A stretch of 64,000 nt of DNA from Elusimicrobiaceae bacterium (GTDB lineage Bacteria; Elusimicrobiota; Elusimicrobia; Elusimicrobiales; Elusimicrobiaceae), in assembly GCA_045606825.1 (NCBI GenBank), contig JAZUSQ010000021.1, forward strand, positions 86,706-150,705. Direction: 5' to 3'. A program made the translations under genes and the position numbers. Every line of letters begins with the position of its first letter. The stretch's first letter is position 1. Shown in pieces: positions 29,500-40,055 of the stretch. The notes under the pieces are model-generated. The model was not told the DNA's origin and made no database searches. It worked only from the letters and a program-made list of their open reading frames with translations.

Positions 29500-30190
29500 T
29501 ATTTTAACAAATTAGGTCGTTGGAGCAACACCAACTGCTTGGTGTTGCGTCGGGAATTTGGGTTGGCAAGGTGTTCTGGTTGCTCTTTGCGTTTAGGCGT
29601 TTTTGGAAAGTGAGGCGCGGCAAAAAAGTGCAGACAATGTAAACATTGGCAAACTTTTTTAACAAAGCCGAGCCCAAAAACACCTAAACCCTTCGGGCCG
29701 CGTCCTTTTTAGCCCACGGCTTCCCTTTTTTGCTTGGCATAGGGGACTATGCCCGCGCAAAAAGCAGTGTGCCCTAACCTAAAAATTACAGCGGCGCAAA
29801 GGCAAAAAGAGCATCTTGCCAACCCCAAGGCGCAGCCATATCCGAGTTTGAGCGCAAGCGAAAGGCGAGGATGGCGAGCCGGGCCTGCAGGCATTTTACG
29901 TCAGTAAAATGACCGGAAGGCGACATCCACCCGCACCTTTCTTTTTGCTTTTTCTGACAGCAGAAAAAGTAACAAAAAGACTGGCCTCCACGCCTATAAA
30001 AAGCACCTAAAATGGGGAATTTTATAAACTCCCTTCGGTCAAACATATAAAATTCCTATTCCATTTTATCGCTTTTTATAAACAGGCAAAGTCGGCTTTA
30101 AACACTTTGCTTCGTTCGCACCTAGAACTAACCCTTTTTGCTTTGAAAGACCCACAAGCGAAGGCGACCTCCACCCGCACTTTTTCTTTC
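29500..30190. mobile_element. MITE/REP-like palindromic array after tRNA-Cys, with duplicated tRNA 3' ends
   Basis: Nested inverted repeats (GGGTTGGCAAGGTGTTC / GAGCATCTTGCCAACCC); core 29827-29921 shared with 41537-41629; CCACCCGCAC(CT) repeated at 29927 and 30171. Confidence 0.65.
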
Positions 30191-30242
30191 TTCCCATTTA
30201 TACAACAAAAAAGCCCGTAAAGGGCTTTTCTATCAATCTATT

Positions 30243-30806
30243 TTAAAACACCAACACTAAAAACCAAATAAAGAAAATTCCTACTAATGTGAACAACACA
30301 CTTACCGGGATAAACCCGAACAACCACGCGCCCAACGCCTCGGCCGCACTTACGTTCCAGGTGCGTTTAAGCCCTTGTACCAAATAAACCAGTTGGAAGG
30401 AAAACACACCTAGCAAAGCCAGCGGGGCCAACCACCCCAAATGGGCTTGGGGTACGGCGGCGGAAATCAATGCAAACGCAATCAGCACCGCCTTAATAAA
30501 CCCGGCACTGCCAATCATCACAAACAACTGGGCGGAAGAGACCTGCACACGGCGCAAGTCCAAAAACAACCCGCACAACGCCGCAATAAAATACCCGGCA
30601 GTCAGTTCGGCCACAAAGACCAAACTTAATTTCAATATCAACGCGGCAACGGATAGATCATCGGCAATATTAAAAAATAATACCCAACTTAATGCGGCCG
30701 TCAAATAACCTAAACACGCCTGGCGGAAAGAACGGCGTGCCATGAGTTGGTGCATGCCTGCCACGGGGTCTCTTAGATAGGTAAAATAGGTGTTTAACAG
30801 TCCCAT
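30243..30806 (-). CDS. Multi-pass membrane protein (Yip1-like)
   Basis: About five TM helices after YLRDPVAGMHQL. Confidence 0.55.
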   Translation of the reverse strand: MGLLNTYFTYLRDPVAGMHQLMARRSFRQACLGYLTAALSWVLFFNIADDLSVAALILKLSLVFVAELTAGYFIAALCGLFLDLRRVQVSSAQLFVMIGSAGFIKAVLIAFALISAAVPQAHLGWLAPLALLGVFSFQLVYLVQGLKRTWNVSAAEALGAWLFGFIPVSVLFTLVGIFFIWFLVLVF

Positions 30807-30807
30807 A

Positions 30808-31866
30808 TTAGTTCATCCACAAGTAAGATACACTGGGCGTGGCCAACGCCTCTACTTGTTTGGCCAGCGACACGTTTTCCATAGATGTGCCAAACGAAAA
30901 AATAAAATCACGCAAATTGTCCGATTTAGACGAAATGATTTTTGGGTTCTCTACCCCGGCCAGTTCCCCGGCCAGTTTCAAGGCTTCTTCTTCACCGCCC
31001 AGTTTATCAATAAACCCTAAATTATACGCCCGTTGGCCGGTAAATACGCGCCCGTCGGTATATTCTAACAAAACATCTTCGCTCACGTTGGGCCGGCCCG
31101 CTTTTACAGCGGCAAAAAACTGGGTATAGGTGTCATTGACCATATCTTGCAAAAGGGCTTTTTCGGCCTCCGTCATGGGGCGGTAGGCAGAACCGATATC
31201 TTTGTATTTACCGGATGTGATCGGCACCATTTTTACGCCAATTTTTTCAAACAATCCTTCTACATTGGCACTTTGCATAATCACACCCACCGAGCCGGTA
31301 ATAGTACCCGGTTCGGCCACAATTTGATCTGCCGCCATGGCAATGTAAAAACCACCGCTGGCCGCCACATCGCGAAATAAGGCCACCACTTTTTTACCGT
31401 TTTCTTTGGCTTTTAAAATTTCACTGTAAATGTTTTGTACAGAGGCCACGGTTCCACCGGGGGAATTGATATCTAACACAATGGCTTTTACGTCTTTATC
31501 TTCCCCGGCGTCATGTATTTTTTTGGCAATGGCACCAGCCCCTTGCGGACGCGCAAACGGGGAGGAAGAATTATCCGTAGCAATAACCCCGCGCACTTTA
31601 ATCCAGGCTACGCTGGGGGAGCCTTCTTTGGTGGGTAAAGAGGACGATAACAAGCCGGAAATTTCTTTCTTCTCTTCGGTAGTGTTGCATTTCATGCCCG
31701 GTTTGACGGTTAAATACAAACCGCACATACTAGATACAAAAAACAAAATGAGTAATGCCCCGGAAAAAAATCCGGGCTTTGCCGCAGCCGATTTGGGCTG
31801 GGCAGGTGTTTGCACGCTGGCAATTAACGATTCTTTCACTTGCGTTGGCATTTCTTGTTCAGACAT
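30808..31866 (-). CDS. sppA: Signal peptide peptidase SppA (36K type)
   Basis: DINSPGGTV, AASGGFYIA, TITGSVGVI, DGRVFTG. Confidence 0.95.
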   Translation of the reverse strand: MSEQEMPTQVKESLIASVQTPAQPKSAAAKPGFFSGALLILFFVSSMCGLYLTVKPGMKCNTTEEKKEISGLLSSSLPTKEGSPSVAWIKVRGVIATDNSSSPFARPQGAGAIAKKIHDAGEDKDVKAIVLDINSPGGTVASVQNIYSEILKAKENGKKVVALFRDVAASGGFYIAMAADQIVAEPGTITGSVGVIMQSANVEGLFEKIGVKMVPITSGKYKDIGSAYRPMTEAEKALLQDMVNDTYTQFFAAVKAGRPNVSEDVLLEYTDGRVFTGQRAYNLGFIDKLGGEEEALKLAGELAGVENPKIISSKSDNLRDFIFSFGTSMENVSLAKQVEALATPSVSYLWMN

Positions 31867-31948
31867 AACATTCCTTTTTTAAAAATAAGTTACTTTATTA
31901 TACCAATTAAATTGTACAATATGGAAAACAACCCTCTTGGAGAATTTT

Positions 31949-32836
31949 ATGTTTACAGGCGTTTTTACCGCACTGCCCACACCTTTCTTGGCAGATGGTT
32001 CAGTAGATACAGAAAATTTACGTAAATTGGTGCGCGCCCAACTGGCCAGCGGGGTGCACGGCCTTGTGCTGTTGGGCACTACGGCCGAAACCCCTACTTT
32101 AACTGAACCCGAAAAGAAAACCATTTTGGATATTTGCGTACCGCTTATTAAAGCACACAAAGCCCAACTTATCATTGGGGCAGGAACCAATAACACCCTT
32201 TCTACTGTGGAAAATGTGCGCCAGGCTGCCACTTATGCACCGGATGGAGTATTAGTAGTTACTCCCTATTACAATAAACCCAACCCGGCGGGGCTGTTGG
32301 CCCATTACCAAGCCGCCGCCCGTGTGGGTATCCCGCTGGTAATGTATCATATCCCGGGCCGCACCGGGCTAAAAGTGCCCGCCCATATATTAGCCGATTT
32401 ATTGGCACAAGTACCGCAACTGGTGGGCATTAAAGAATGTGATTACGACATGGCCCACGTAACCGATACCGCCGTTAAATATGCCGACAAAATCAGTTAT
32501 CTATGCGGCAATGACGAATTTTTACTGCAATACCTGGCCATTGGGGCCAGCGGCACCATTAGTGCGGCCGCCGGTGTATTAGCCCCGGCCTTTGTGCAAA
32601 TGTATAACTTGTTCCAGGCAGGCAACACAAAAGAAGCCTTTGAGGTATTCAAAACGGTATTCCCGCTTATCAAGGCTTGCTACGCCGAAACAAACCCTAC
32701 CTGTATTAAATATATGCTGTCCCGGCGCGGGTTTGGCACAGACATTGTGCGCGCCCCACTGGGGGAAATTTCTGCTGAAAACAAAGCAAAAATAGATACT
32801 TTATTGGCAAATACGCCCAAGGAATTTTTATTATGA
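31949..32836 (+). CDS. dapA: 4-hydroxy-tetrahydrodipicolinate synthase
   Basis: GTTAE, VTPYYNKP, YHIPGRTG, GIKE, ETNP. Confidence 0.95.
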   Translation: MFTGVFTALPTPFLADGSVDTENLRKLVRAQLASGVHGLVLLGTTAETPTLTEPEKKTILDICVPLIKAHKAQLIIGAGTNNTLSTVENVRQAATYAPDGVLVVTPYYNKPNPAGLLAHYQAAARVGIPLVMYHIPGRTGLKVPAHILADLLAQVPQLVGIKECDYDMAHVTDTAVKYADKISYLCGNDEFLLQYLAIGASGTISAAAGVLAPAFVQMYNLFQAGNTKEAFEVFKTVFPLIKACYAETNPTCIKYMLSRRGFGTDIVRAPLGEISAENKAKIDTLLANTPKEFLL

Positions 32837-33714
32837 CAACACTTGGTATTATTGGCATAAATGGCACCGTAGGCCAAAAATTGTTGGCCCAAATGCAATA
32901 TGCCAAACCTTCTTTTGACATCAAAACATTCGGCCGTAACGACGAAATTCCACCTTTGGATATTGCTGTGTTATGCACGGACAACCCCGTTAGTGCACAA
33001 TTAGCCCCTGCCTTAAAAGACCGGGTCCGATTTATAGTGGATATGTCGTCCGAGTTTCGTATGACACCCGGTGTACCGTTAGTCATCCCGGAAATTAACC
33101 CGCATGCCATTACGGCAAATACCCGCTTAATTGCCAGCCCCAATTGCACCACAACAGGGCTTGTGATGAGCCTGGCCCCCTTAAAACCGTTTTACCGGTT
33201 TGAGGAAGTATTTTTCTGCTCCTACCAGGCCATTAGCGGCGGCGGAAAAAAACTATTGGACGACTTCCATACTCCCGGTTCTTTATATGCCAACAACTGC
33301 GTACCTCTCATTGGTTCTATTCAGCCCAATGGGCATACGTCCGAAGAATTAAAAGGGCTCTATGAATCACGCAAAATTTTAGAAATCCCTACGCTTAAAG
33401 TATATTGCCATACCGTGCGCGTGGCGGTGGAAAATGCACACTCGCTGGGAGTTACGCTCAAGGCAAATAAACCCATTGATTTAGACCAGGTAAAAGCATT
33501 ATGGAAGCAATTTCCAAACTTGGTTTATTCAGAAAAAGTGATTACCCCTAAAGAAGCCAGTGGGCAAATGGATACATTTATTTGCCGCTTGCGGGCGGAT
33601 GTAGAAAACCCCAACATTATCCATTATTTTGTTACCTTTGATAACGTATTAAAAGGGGCTGCCATGAACGGGCGGCAAATTGTAGAATTACTGGGGGAGC
33701 AATTTTTTGCATGA
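32833..33714 (+). CDS. asd: Aspartate-semialdehyde dehydrogenase (short form)
   Basis: SPNCTT catalytic Cys, SYQAISGGG, DNVLKGAA. Confidence 0.9.
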   Translation: MTTLGIIGINGTVGQKLLAQMQYAKPSFDIKTFGRNDEIPPLDIAVLCTDNPVSAQLAPALKDRVRFIVDMSSEFRMTPGVPLVIPEINPHAITANTRLIASPNCTTTGLVMSLAPLKPFYRFEEVFFCSYQAISGGGKKLLDDFHTPGSLYANNCVPLIGSIQPNGHTSEELKGLYESRKILEIPTLKVYCHTVRVAVENAHSLGVTLKANKPIDLDQVKALWKQFPNLVYSEKVITPKEASGQMDTFICRLRADVENPNIIHYFVTFDNVLKGAAMNGRQIVELLGEQFFA

Positions 33715-34403
33715 AGAAAATAACACCGATTCGCATTTTACTCAACGGGGCTAACGGCAAAATGGGCCGTGCCGTGGCGCGGTTGATAAGCCAAAACCCG
33801 CAGAAAAATTTAGCAGTGGCCGCCACACGCGAGGCCGGCCAGCCGGATTATTTTGACCCATTTGATATGGTGGTGGATTTTTCCACACCGCAAGGTGCAC
33901 AAGAGGCGTTCTTACTAGCCAAGAAACACAAAAAACCGTTTCTAACCGGCACCACCAATTTGCCGGAGCCGTTTTTGTTTACCTTGCAGTCAGAAGAAAA
34001 AATACCCGTCTTTTTTGCGCCCAACGTTAGTTTAAGCGTATTCTTTTTTACCGAACTGGTAAAACAGGCCTGTACTATGTATAAGAATTACGCCAAAGCC
34101 TTGCATGAAATTCACCACGTGCACAAAAAAGATGCCCCCAGTGGCACCGCCAAACGCATTGCCGAGGAAATGAACCTGCCGGTGGCACAGGTAACGTATG
34201 AACGCGTGGGCGAGACTGTTGGCACACATTGCGCCACGCTAACTTCTGCTTTGGATGAAATTACCTTAACACATAAAGCCACCAACCGGGATCTGTTTGC
34301 GGCCTCGGTATTGGATATTATCCCCTGGCTTTACAAACGTGAAGGCGGTTTTTATACCATGAGTGATTTTGCAAAATTTAAATTAAAGGAAAAACAAAAA
34401 TGA
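33711..34403 (+). CDS. dapB: 4-hydroxy-tetrahydrodipicolinate reductase
   Basis: GANGKMG, DFSTP, GTT, EIHHVHKKDAPSGTA. Confidence 0.95.
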   Translation: MKKITPIRILLNGANGKMGRAVARLISQNPQKNLAVAATREAGQPDYFDPFDMVVDFSTPQGAQEAFLLAKKHKKPFLTGTTNLPEPFLFTLQSEEKIPVFFAPNVSLSVFFFTELVKQACTMYKNYAKALHEIHHVHKKDAPSGTAKRIAEEMNLPVAQVTYERVGETVGTHCATLTSALDEITLTHKATNRDLFAASVLDIIPWLYKREGGFYTMSDFAKFKLKEKQK

Positions 34404-35815
34404 AAATACATTTTATTGGAATTGGCGGTGTAGGCATGTCCGCCCTGGCCCAACTGCACGCCATGGGGCGTGATGAAGTAACCGGTTCAGACCGGCTGAT
34501 TAGCAAAGGCTACACAGATATGGCCCTGTGGGAATACCTTAAAAAATTAAACATTAAACTTTACCCGCAAGACGGTAGCGGCATTGACGAGAAAACAGAT
34601 CTTGTCATCCTTTCTTCCGCTATTGAAGAAGATAACCCGGAACTTATAAAAGCCAAACAACTGGGCATCCGCACCATGCACCGTAGCGAACTCTTAGCCC
34701 AACATGTAGCCCAACACCGCACGATTGCCGTTTCCGGCACCAGTGGTAAAAGCACCACCACCGCCATGGTATATGATATTTTGGCTTTTGCGGGGATGTC
34801 TCCCTCTGTAATTACCGGGGCAGCCATTTTATCCTTACAAAAAGAACAAGGGGTTTTTGGCAATGTTTATAAAGGAAATAGCGATATTTTAGTGATTGAG
34901 GCCGACGAGAGCGACGGCTCTATCGTTAAATACCAACCCTATTTAGGCCTGTGCCTTAATTTACAAAAAGACCACAAAGAAATTAACATTTTACAAGGTT
35001 ATTTCAAAGAATTTATCTCGCACTGCAAAACCGCCATTATTAACGCAGAAGAAGAAAATTTACGTGCGTTAGGTGGGGATAAATCGTTTGGCATTTCCCT
35101 GGGAGACGTACACCCTACGGATATCAAAGCAGACGGATTTGGCTCGGATTTTACCATTAACGGCCAACCCTTCCGCTTGCAAATCCCCGGCGTGCACAAC
35201 GTGGCCAACGCCACTGCCGCCGTAGCCGCCGCACTTCACATGGGAGTAGATTTACAAACCTGTGCCCAAGCATTAAGCAAATTTACCGGGATTGCCCGCC
35301 GCTTTGCCTCTATCGGCAGTTACAATAAAATTGAAGTGGTGGATGATTTTGCCCACAACCCGCATAAATTAGCCGCTACGATTGCCGCCGCGCACCTACG
35401 CGGCAAACGCGTACTGGCCTTTTATCAACCCCACGCGTTTACGTCCATTAAACTTTTGTCGCACGAATTTGTGGACAGTTTTGCACGAAGTATTGGCCCC
35501 GATGACCATCTGTGGCTGACGGAAGTTTACTATCCCGGTGGTACTATCCCGGAAGGCATTACCTGCAAAACCGTATATGACGGGCTTAAAAAACGCGGGG
35601 TAAATGTAGATTATGAAACCTGCCGTGAGCGCATTTTAGCCCAAATGGCCGCCGCCGCCAAACCGGGGGATATTTTACTCGTCCTGGGCGCGCGCGACCC
35701 CACCTTAACGGATTTTGCCCGTAAGTTACTGGCTACCCTGCGTGTAGCACAAGAGATGTGCAACTGCAACAAATGTATGTTGGGCAACTGTTGTATGGCG
35801 TTTGAAAACAAATAA
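34400..35815 (+). CDS. murC: UDP-N-acetylmuramate--L-alanine ligase
   Basis: GIGGVGMSALA, GTSGKSTTT, EADESD, DDFAHNP. Confidence 0.85.
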   Translation: MKIHFIGIGGVGMSALAQLHAMGRDEVTGSDRLISKGYTDMALWEYLKKLNIKLYPQDGSGIDEKTDLVILSSAIEEDNPELIKAKQLGIRTMHRSELLAQHVAQHRTIAVSGTSGKSTTTAMVYDILAFAGMSPSVITGAAILSLQKEQGVFGNVYKGNSDILVIEADESDGSIVKYQPYLGLCLNLQKDHKEINILQGYFKEFISHCKTAIINAEEENLRALGGDKSFGISLGDVHPTDIKADGFGSDFTINGQPFRLQIPGVHNVANATAAVAAALHMGVDLQTCAQALSKFTGIARRFASIGSYNKIEVVDDFAHNPHKLAATIAAAHLRGKRVLAFYQPHAFTSIKLLSHEFVDSFARSIGPDDHLWLTEVYYPGGTIPEGITCKTVYDGLKKRGVNVDYETCRERILAQMAAAAKPGDILLVLGARDPTLTDFARKLLATLRVAQEMCNCNKCMLGNCCMAFENK

Positions 35816-35868
35816 ATTTATTCTCATCAAAGCCCGTCCTACAAGACGGGTTTTGACGAGAAGGGACC

Positions 35869-36354
35869 TCATTGTTTTAAATAGTCACAAGCGACGGCAC
35901 CTTCTTCATTGCCTAAACAATCCAGGTACCAACCATTTGAATTTGGGGTTTTTTCTATCATTAAGTCCATTTTATCACCAGCAAAATTGAGAACGCAACC
36001 CACATAGTCATTGCTATTCTCACACATCCAGCCCGTGAAGTAAGGACTGTCTCCTTTATAATAGTTTATAAGTTCTTGTGTTTTTATTTCATCAAACCCA
36101 ATCGTTAATTCCTTCTTCGGGAAAGTTTCATCTCCTTCTCCCAAAAAAGTAACATTTTCATACCCATGTTCCAGCACGTATAAATCAATGGCTTTTTTAT
36201 AGGCATCCACCATGGATACAAGCTTAACGGCTCGCGCTTTATACACCGCTTTTTGATACTGTGGCACGGCTACCGCCGCTAAAATACCGATAATCAGTAC
36301 AACTACTAACAACTCTATAAGCGTGAAACCCCGCCGGGTGTTTCTTGTTGTCAT
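35869..36354 (-). CDS. Type IV pilin (PilE-like) #6
   Basis: [37 protein letters not shown]. Confidence 0.93.
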   Translation of the reverse strand: MTTRNTRRGFTLIELLVVVLIIGILAAVAVPQYQKAVYKARAVKLVSMVDAYKKAIDLYVLEHGYENVTFLGEGDETFPKKELTIGFDEIKTQELINYYKGDSPYFTGWMCENSNDYVGCVLNFAGDKMDLMIEKTPNSNGWYLDCLGNEEGAVACDYLKQ

Positions 36355-36629
36355 ACGTTTTCCTCTTTGTGTTTAATATGCACAATTCTTCTCCATCACT
36401 GAAAACGCATGCAAAAACGGCTACCACCGTTGTGTCTGTCTGAAGTCACAACAATAACAGCCGTAGTTTCCCGTCATAGACGGGAAACACTCGGCGCAAC
36501 AAGATGTACGGTCCTGTTGCACCTAATTTCGGCTATTCTTGGACTCAGACAGAACTTGGTTTTTCCAAATACTCCGTATTCCGCATACGGTTCCAAAAAC
36601 AGAATCAAATTGTATCTATAGTATAATAA
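36355..36629 (-). ncRNA. Conserved structured pilin 5' leader, copy L6
   Basis: TTATTATACTATAGATACAATTTGATTCTGTTTTTGGAACCG...CCAAGAATAGCCGA...GGTGCAACAGGACCGTACATCTTGTTGCGCC...CTACGGCTGTT...TAGCCGTTTTTGCATGCG. Confidence 0.72.
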
Positions 36630-36680
36630 AAAAGACTGGTAAAAACCAGCCCTTTTTATTGTACACTTTTGAAAATTTTT

Positions 36681-37235
36681 TTACAAAAATGCGTATTCTT
36701 TCCAAAAATTATTTAGTACTTCATCTAAAAATAATTCTTTGCTGGTTTCGCTGCCAAGCACACTTTTTAGGCTGATAAATTGCGTACGTTGGGCAATGGG
36801 CAAGCGGTTGTTTAGGTAAATTCCCGCACCCAGTATCCACGTGTTAGCAGTTGTTTGTTCAGCCAAAATGCCAGCGCATTTCTTCCAGCAACGGGCAGAT
36901 TTGTCATATACGCAAACATCCCCGTTTTTAGCAATTTTGGTTTTTAGATTTAAAATGTTAGTAATTACGTCAGAAATTGCATTGGCCATGGCAGCCGTTA
37001 ATTGTGCAGCCGTAACCGTGGCCTGAGGGGCCAATATAAGGCTAAAATAGATGCCTCCTTCTCCGGCGTAGAAAGGCTTGCCTTCCCGGCCAACGGCTTG
37101 CGTTTGGCGGCAAGCCAAAATCAAGGTTCCGCCGCTTTCCGTGGCAGATAATTGCTTGGCTAGCAAATGGGTGCTGGGGGTTTCTTCTAGCCCGATTACT
37201 TTTTTAACGGTTTTGAGAGTAATTGTTTTTTCCAT
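36681..37235 (-). CDS. Divergent biotin-protein ligase (BPL/LplA catalytic domain)
   Basis: TPSTH, QTQAVGREGKPF, GGIYFSLIL, KKCAGIL; no HTH domain and a degenerate GRGR motif. Confidence 0.7.
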   Translation of the reverse strand: MEKTITLKTVKKVIGLEETPSTHLLAKQLSATESGGTLILACRQTQAVGREGKPFYAGEGGIYFSLILAPQATVTAAQLTAAMANAISDVITNILNLKTKIAKNGDVCVYDKSARCWKKCAGILAEQTTANTWILGAGIYLNNRLPIAQRTQFISLKSVLGSETSKELFLDEVLNNFWKEYAFL

Positions 37236-37306
37236 ACATTATATTTTACTATTTTTTGCTTCACCTGCCCGTTGGATATCTGTTTCCTGCGGCGGGAGAA
37301 ACTGCT

Positions 37307-39295
37307 TTATTTTAGTTTCATTTGCTTAAGTTCAATAATCCGGTCACGCAGTTCGGCCGCCAATTCAAAATTTAGGGCATCGGCGGCGGCGCGCATTTGG
37401 GCTTCTAAGTCTTTTTCCAAGTGTTTGATGTTTTTTACGGTAGGGGTTGGCAAACTTTCACTTAAAATGCCAAATGCACTGGTTTGCGTATTGCGCTCAA
37501 ATTCTTTTAGATCTGCCTCTGTTTTTTGAATGGTTTTGGGGGTAATGTGGTGTTCTTTGTTATACGCTTCTTGTATTTCCCGGCGGCGGTTCATTTCATT
37601 AAGTGCGTATGTAATGGAATCGGTTTTACGGTCTGCATACAGAATTACCTCCCCCCCTACGTTGCGTGCGGCACGGCCGGAAATTTGAATAAGCGTAGTA
37701 GTGTTGCGCAAAAATCCCTCGTTATCGGCCCCTAAAATAGCCACCAGCCCTACTTGCGGGATATCAATCCCTTCGCGCAAGAGGTTAATACCTACCAGTA
37801 CGTCAAACTCGCCGGTTTTAAATTGGCGCAAAATTTCCACGCGCTCTAAGGAATCAATATCACTGTGCAAATAGCGTGTTTTGATGTTCTTTTGTACAAA
37901 AAATTCACTTAAATCTTCCGCCGTTTTTTTGGTTAATGCTAACACTAAAGTGCGCTCGTTGCGGGCGGTGTGTTCGGCAATTTTAGATACCAGGTGGTCA
38001 ATTTGCCCATCGGTAGGGTGCAAAATTACCTTCGGGTCAACTAGCCCTGTGGGGCGGATGACCTGTTCTACAATGTGGTTTCCGCTTACCGTCAGTTCAT
38101 ACGGGCCGGGTGTGGCGGATACAAAAATGGTGGAGGGCATCAGTTTTTCAAACTCATCAAATTTCAGCGGTCTGTTATCCAGGGCCGATGGCAAACGGAA
38201 CCCAAAATCCACCAGCATTTGTTTGCGGGCACGGTCCCCGTTAAACATCCCGCGCACTTGCGGGAGTGCCACGTGGGATTCATCTACAAACATCAAAAAA
38301 TCGTCAAAGCGTTTAAAATAGTCTAGCAGACACTGGGGGCGTTCGCCTTCTTTACGTCCGTCCATATAGCGCGAATAGTTTTCTATCCCGCTGCAAAAAC
38401 CGGCCTGGCGGATCATTTCCAAATCATATTCCGTGCGCTGTTTCAAGCGGTAGGCTTCCATTTCTTTGCCTTGGGCTACTAAATCGGCATGGCGCAGTTG
38501 TAAGTCGCGCTCAATTTGTACAAGGGCGTTTTGGGTATCTTCGTCTGTAGCCACAAAGTGCTTGGCGGGATAAATCCAGGCCTCGTCCAGTTCCGCCACC
38601 ACATTGCCGGTAATGGGGTGGATTTCGTAAATGTGTGCAATGGTTTTGCCCGCAATTTCCACACGAATGGCATTTTGCGAATATGGTGTCATGACGTCCA
38701 CAAATGGGCCGCGCATGCGGAACTTGCCGGAGGTAAACTCCAGTTCGTCGCGCTGATATTGAATTTTGATGAGGTGGCCGGAAAGTTGCCCGCGGGTCAT
38801 TTCGGCCCCTTTTTTAACGTAGATACGCATTTCGTTAAAACTATCCGGCGAACCAATGTTGTAAATGCACGATACAGAGGCCACCACTACCACGTCATGA
38901 CGTGTTAGCAAAGACGTGGTGGCCTTGAGGCGCAGTTTATCAATTTGCTCGTTGACGGCAGAGTCCTTTTCAATATACGTGTCCGTCTGCGGGATATACG
39001 CCTCGGGTTGGTAATAATCGTAATACGAAATAAAATACTCCACGGCATTGTGCGGAAAGAACTGTTTGAACTCGCCATATAACTGGGCGGCCAACACTTT
39101 GTTGGGCGATAAAATCAGCGTGGGGCGGTTTAATTGTTGGATGACGTTTGCCATCGTAAATGTTTTGCCCGAGCCCGTAACACCCAATAAGGTTTGGCGT
39201 TTATCGCCCGCCTGCACACCTTGGACGAGCGCATCAATGGCTTTGGGCTGGTCGCCTGCTGGCTTAAAATTGGAAACAAGTTCAAATCGGTCCAT
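37307..39295 (-). CDS. uvrB: Excinuclease ABC subunit B
   Basis: GVTGSGKTFT, YYDYYQPEAY, DESH, GRAAR, C-terminal UVR coil. Confidence 0.99.
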   Translation of the reverse strand: MDRFELVSNFKPAGDQPKAIDALVQGVQAGDKRQTLLGVTGSGKTFTMANVIQQLNRPTLILSPNKVLAAQLYGEFKQFFPHNAVEYFISYYDYYQPEAYIPQTDTYIEKDSAVNEQIDKLRLKATTSLLTRHDVVVVASVSCIYNIGSPDSFNEMRIYVKKGAEMTRGQLSGHLIKIQYQRDELEFTSGKFRMRGPFVDVMTPYSQNAIRVEIAGKTIAHIYEIHPITGNVVAELDEAWIYPAKHFVATDEDTQNALVQIERDLQLRHADLVAQGKEMEAYRLKQRTEYDLEMIRQAGFCSGIENYSRYMDGRKEGERPQCLLDYFKRFDDFLMFVDESHVALPQVRGMFNGDRARKQMLVDFGFRLPSALDNRPLKFDEFEKLMPSTIFVSATPGPYELTVSGNHIVEQVIRPTGLVDPKVILHPTDGQIDHLVSKIAEHTARNERTLVLALTKKTAEDLSEFFVQKNIKTRYLHSDIDSLERVEILRQFKTGEFDVLVGINLLREGIDIPQVGLVAILGADNEGFLRNTTTLIQISGRAARNVGGEVILYADRKTDSITYALNEMNRRREIQEAYNKEHHITPKTIQKTEADLKEFERNTQTSAFGILSESLPTPTVKNIKHLEKDLEAQMRAAADALNFELAAELRDRIIELKQMKLK

Positions 39296-39364
39296 AGGTA
39301 TATTGTACCTAATATGAGAAACCAGGGATAGGAATTATCTTGGTTCTTAAGTAAGAGCAAAAAT

Positions 39365-40024
39365 CTACGGGTAAATATACCAGGTTCCGTAGGCATTTGA
39401 AAAATCGGCCTGCGTTTTGAGGGTTTCACGTTGGCAGAACTTTACTGCTGCATTTGTCTTTGCCCCACAAACTTGTTTACCTGCAAATGAACGGAATTGA
39501 GAATACGTATTATCTTGTAAAAGCCAACTTTGAAGTGATGCAGATAGGTCAGAAATAAAAAGAATAATACGCGGAGCTGCATCAAATTGCCGGTCAATAA
39601 GAGAAATTTCTCCCCAATCAAACTGATATGTTCGGTGGCCGTTGCCTAAACTTGTTACTTGAATGGGTGTTTCTGAGAAATCAACATTTAAGTTGTTAAT
39701 ATCGGGAGTATATTCTCCATTCTCTAAGTAATAGAGTTCTTCGGCTCTTGCTAACGCTACTGCTAACATTTTATAACGGCTGTATTTGCTTTTTTCTACG
39801 GCTCGTTGGTACTGCGGTACGGCTACGGCGGCTAATATGCCAATAATGAGTACCACTACTAAGAGTTCAATGAGCGTAAAACCCATTAAATTAGGTGTCA
39901 TCCCGTACTTGATACGGGATCTTCCACGCACGTTGTTAACAAACAGCAACGACAAGCGTTGAAGATTCCAAATCAAGTTTGGAATGACTTTATTATTTTT
40001 CACATGTTTTTTTCCTTTCTTCAT
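39365..40024 (-). CDS. Type IV pilin (PilE-like) #7, with extended leader peptide
   Basis: MKKGKKHV...VIPNLIWNL...[19 protein letters not shown]; ATG 40024 follows AGGAG. Confidence 0.92.
   Translation of the reverse strand: MKKGKKHVKNNKVIPNLIWNLQRLSLLFVNNVRGRSRIKYGMTPNLMGFTLIELLVVVLIIGILAAVAVPQYQRAVEKSKYSRYKMLAVALARAEELYYLENGEYTPDINNLNVDFSETPIQVTSLGNGHRTYQFDWGEISLIDRQFDAAPRIILFISDLSASLQSWLLQDNTYSQFRSFAGKQVCGAKTNAAVKFCQRETLKTQADFSNAYGTWYIYP
39897..39988. repeat. Inverted REP doublet (REPIN-like), in frame in the pilin #7 leader peptide
   Basis: GTCATCCCGTACTTGATACGGGATCT (39897-39922) and AGATTCCAAATCAAGTTTGGAATGAC (39963-39988). Confidence 0.8.
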
Positions 40025-40055
40025 ACATAACTCCTTGCTTTGTAATTTACCCAAC

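Noticed and set aside
29911-29921. SRP RNA (CCGGAAGG tetraloop)
   Set aside because: It lacks the CAGG...GGAA...AGCAGC helix 8 context and belongs to a repeat that recurs at 41620.
29786-30046. 86-aa ORF (…FCYFFCCQKKQK…)
   Set aside because: It is a translation of the palindromic MITE array, a typical spurious product of such repeats.
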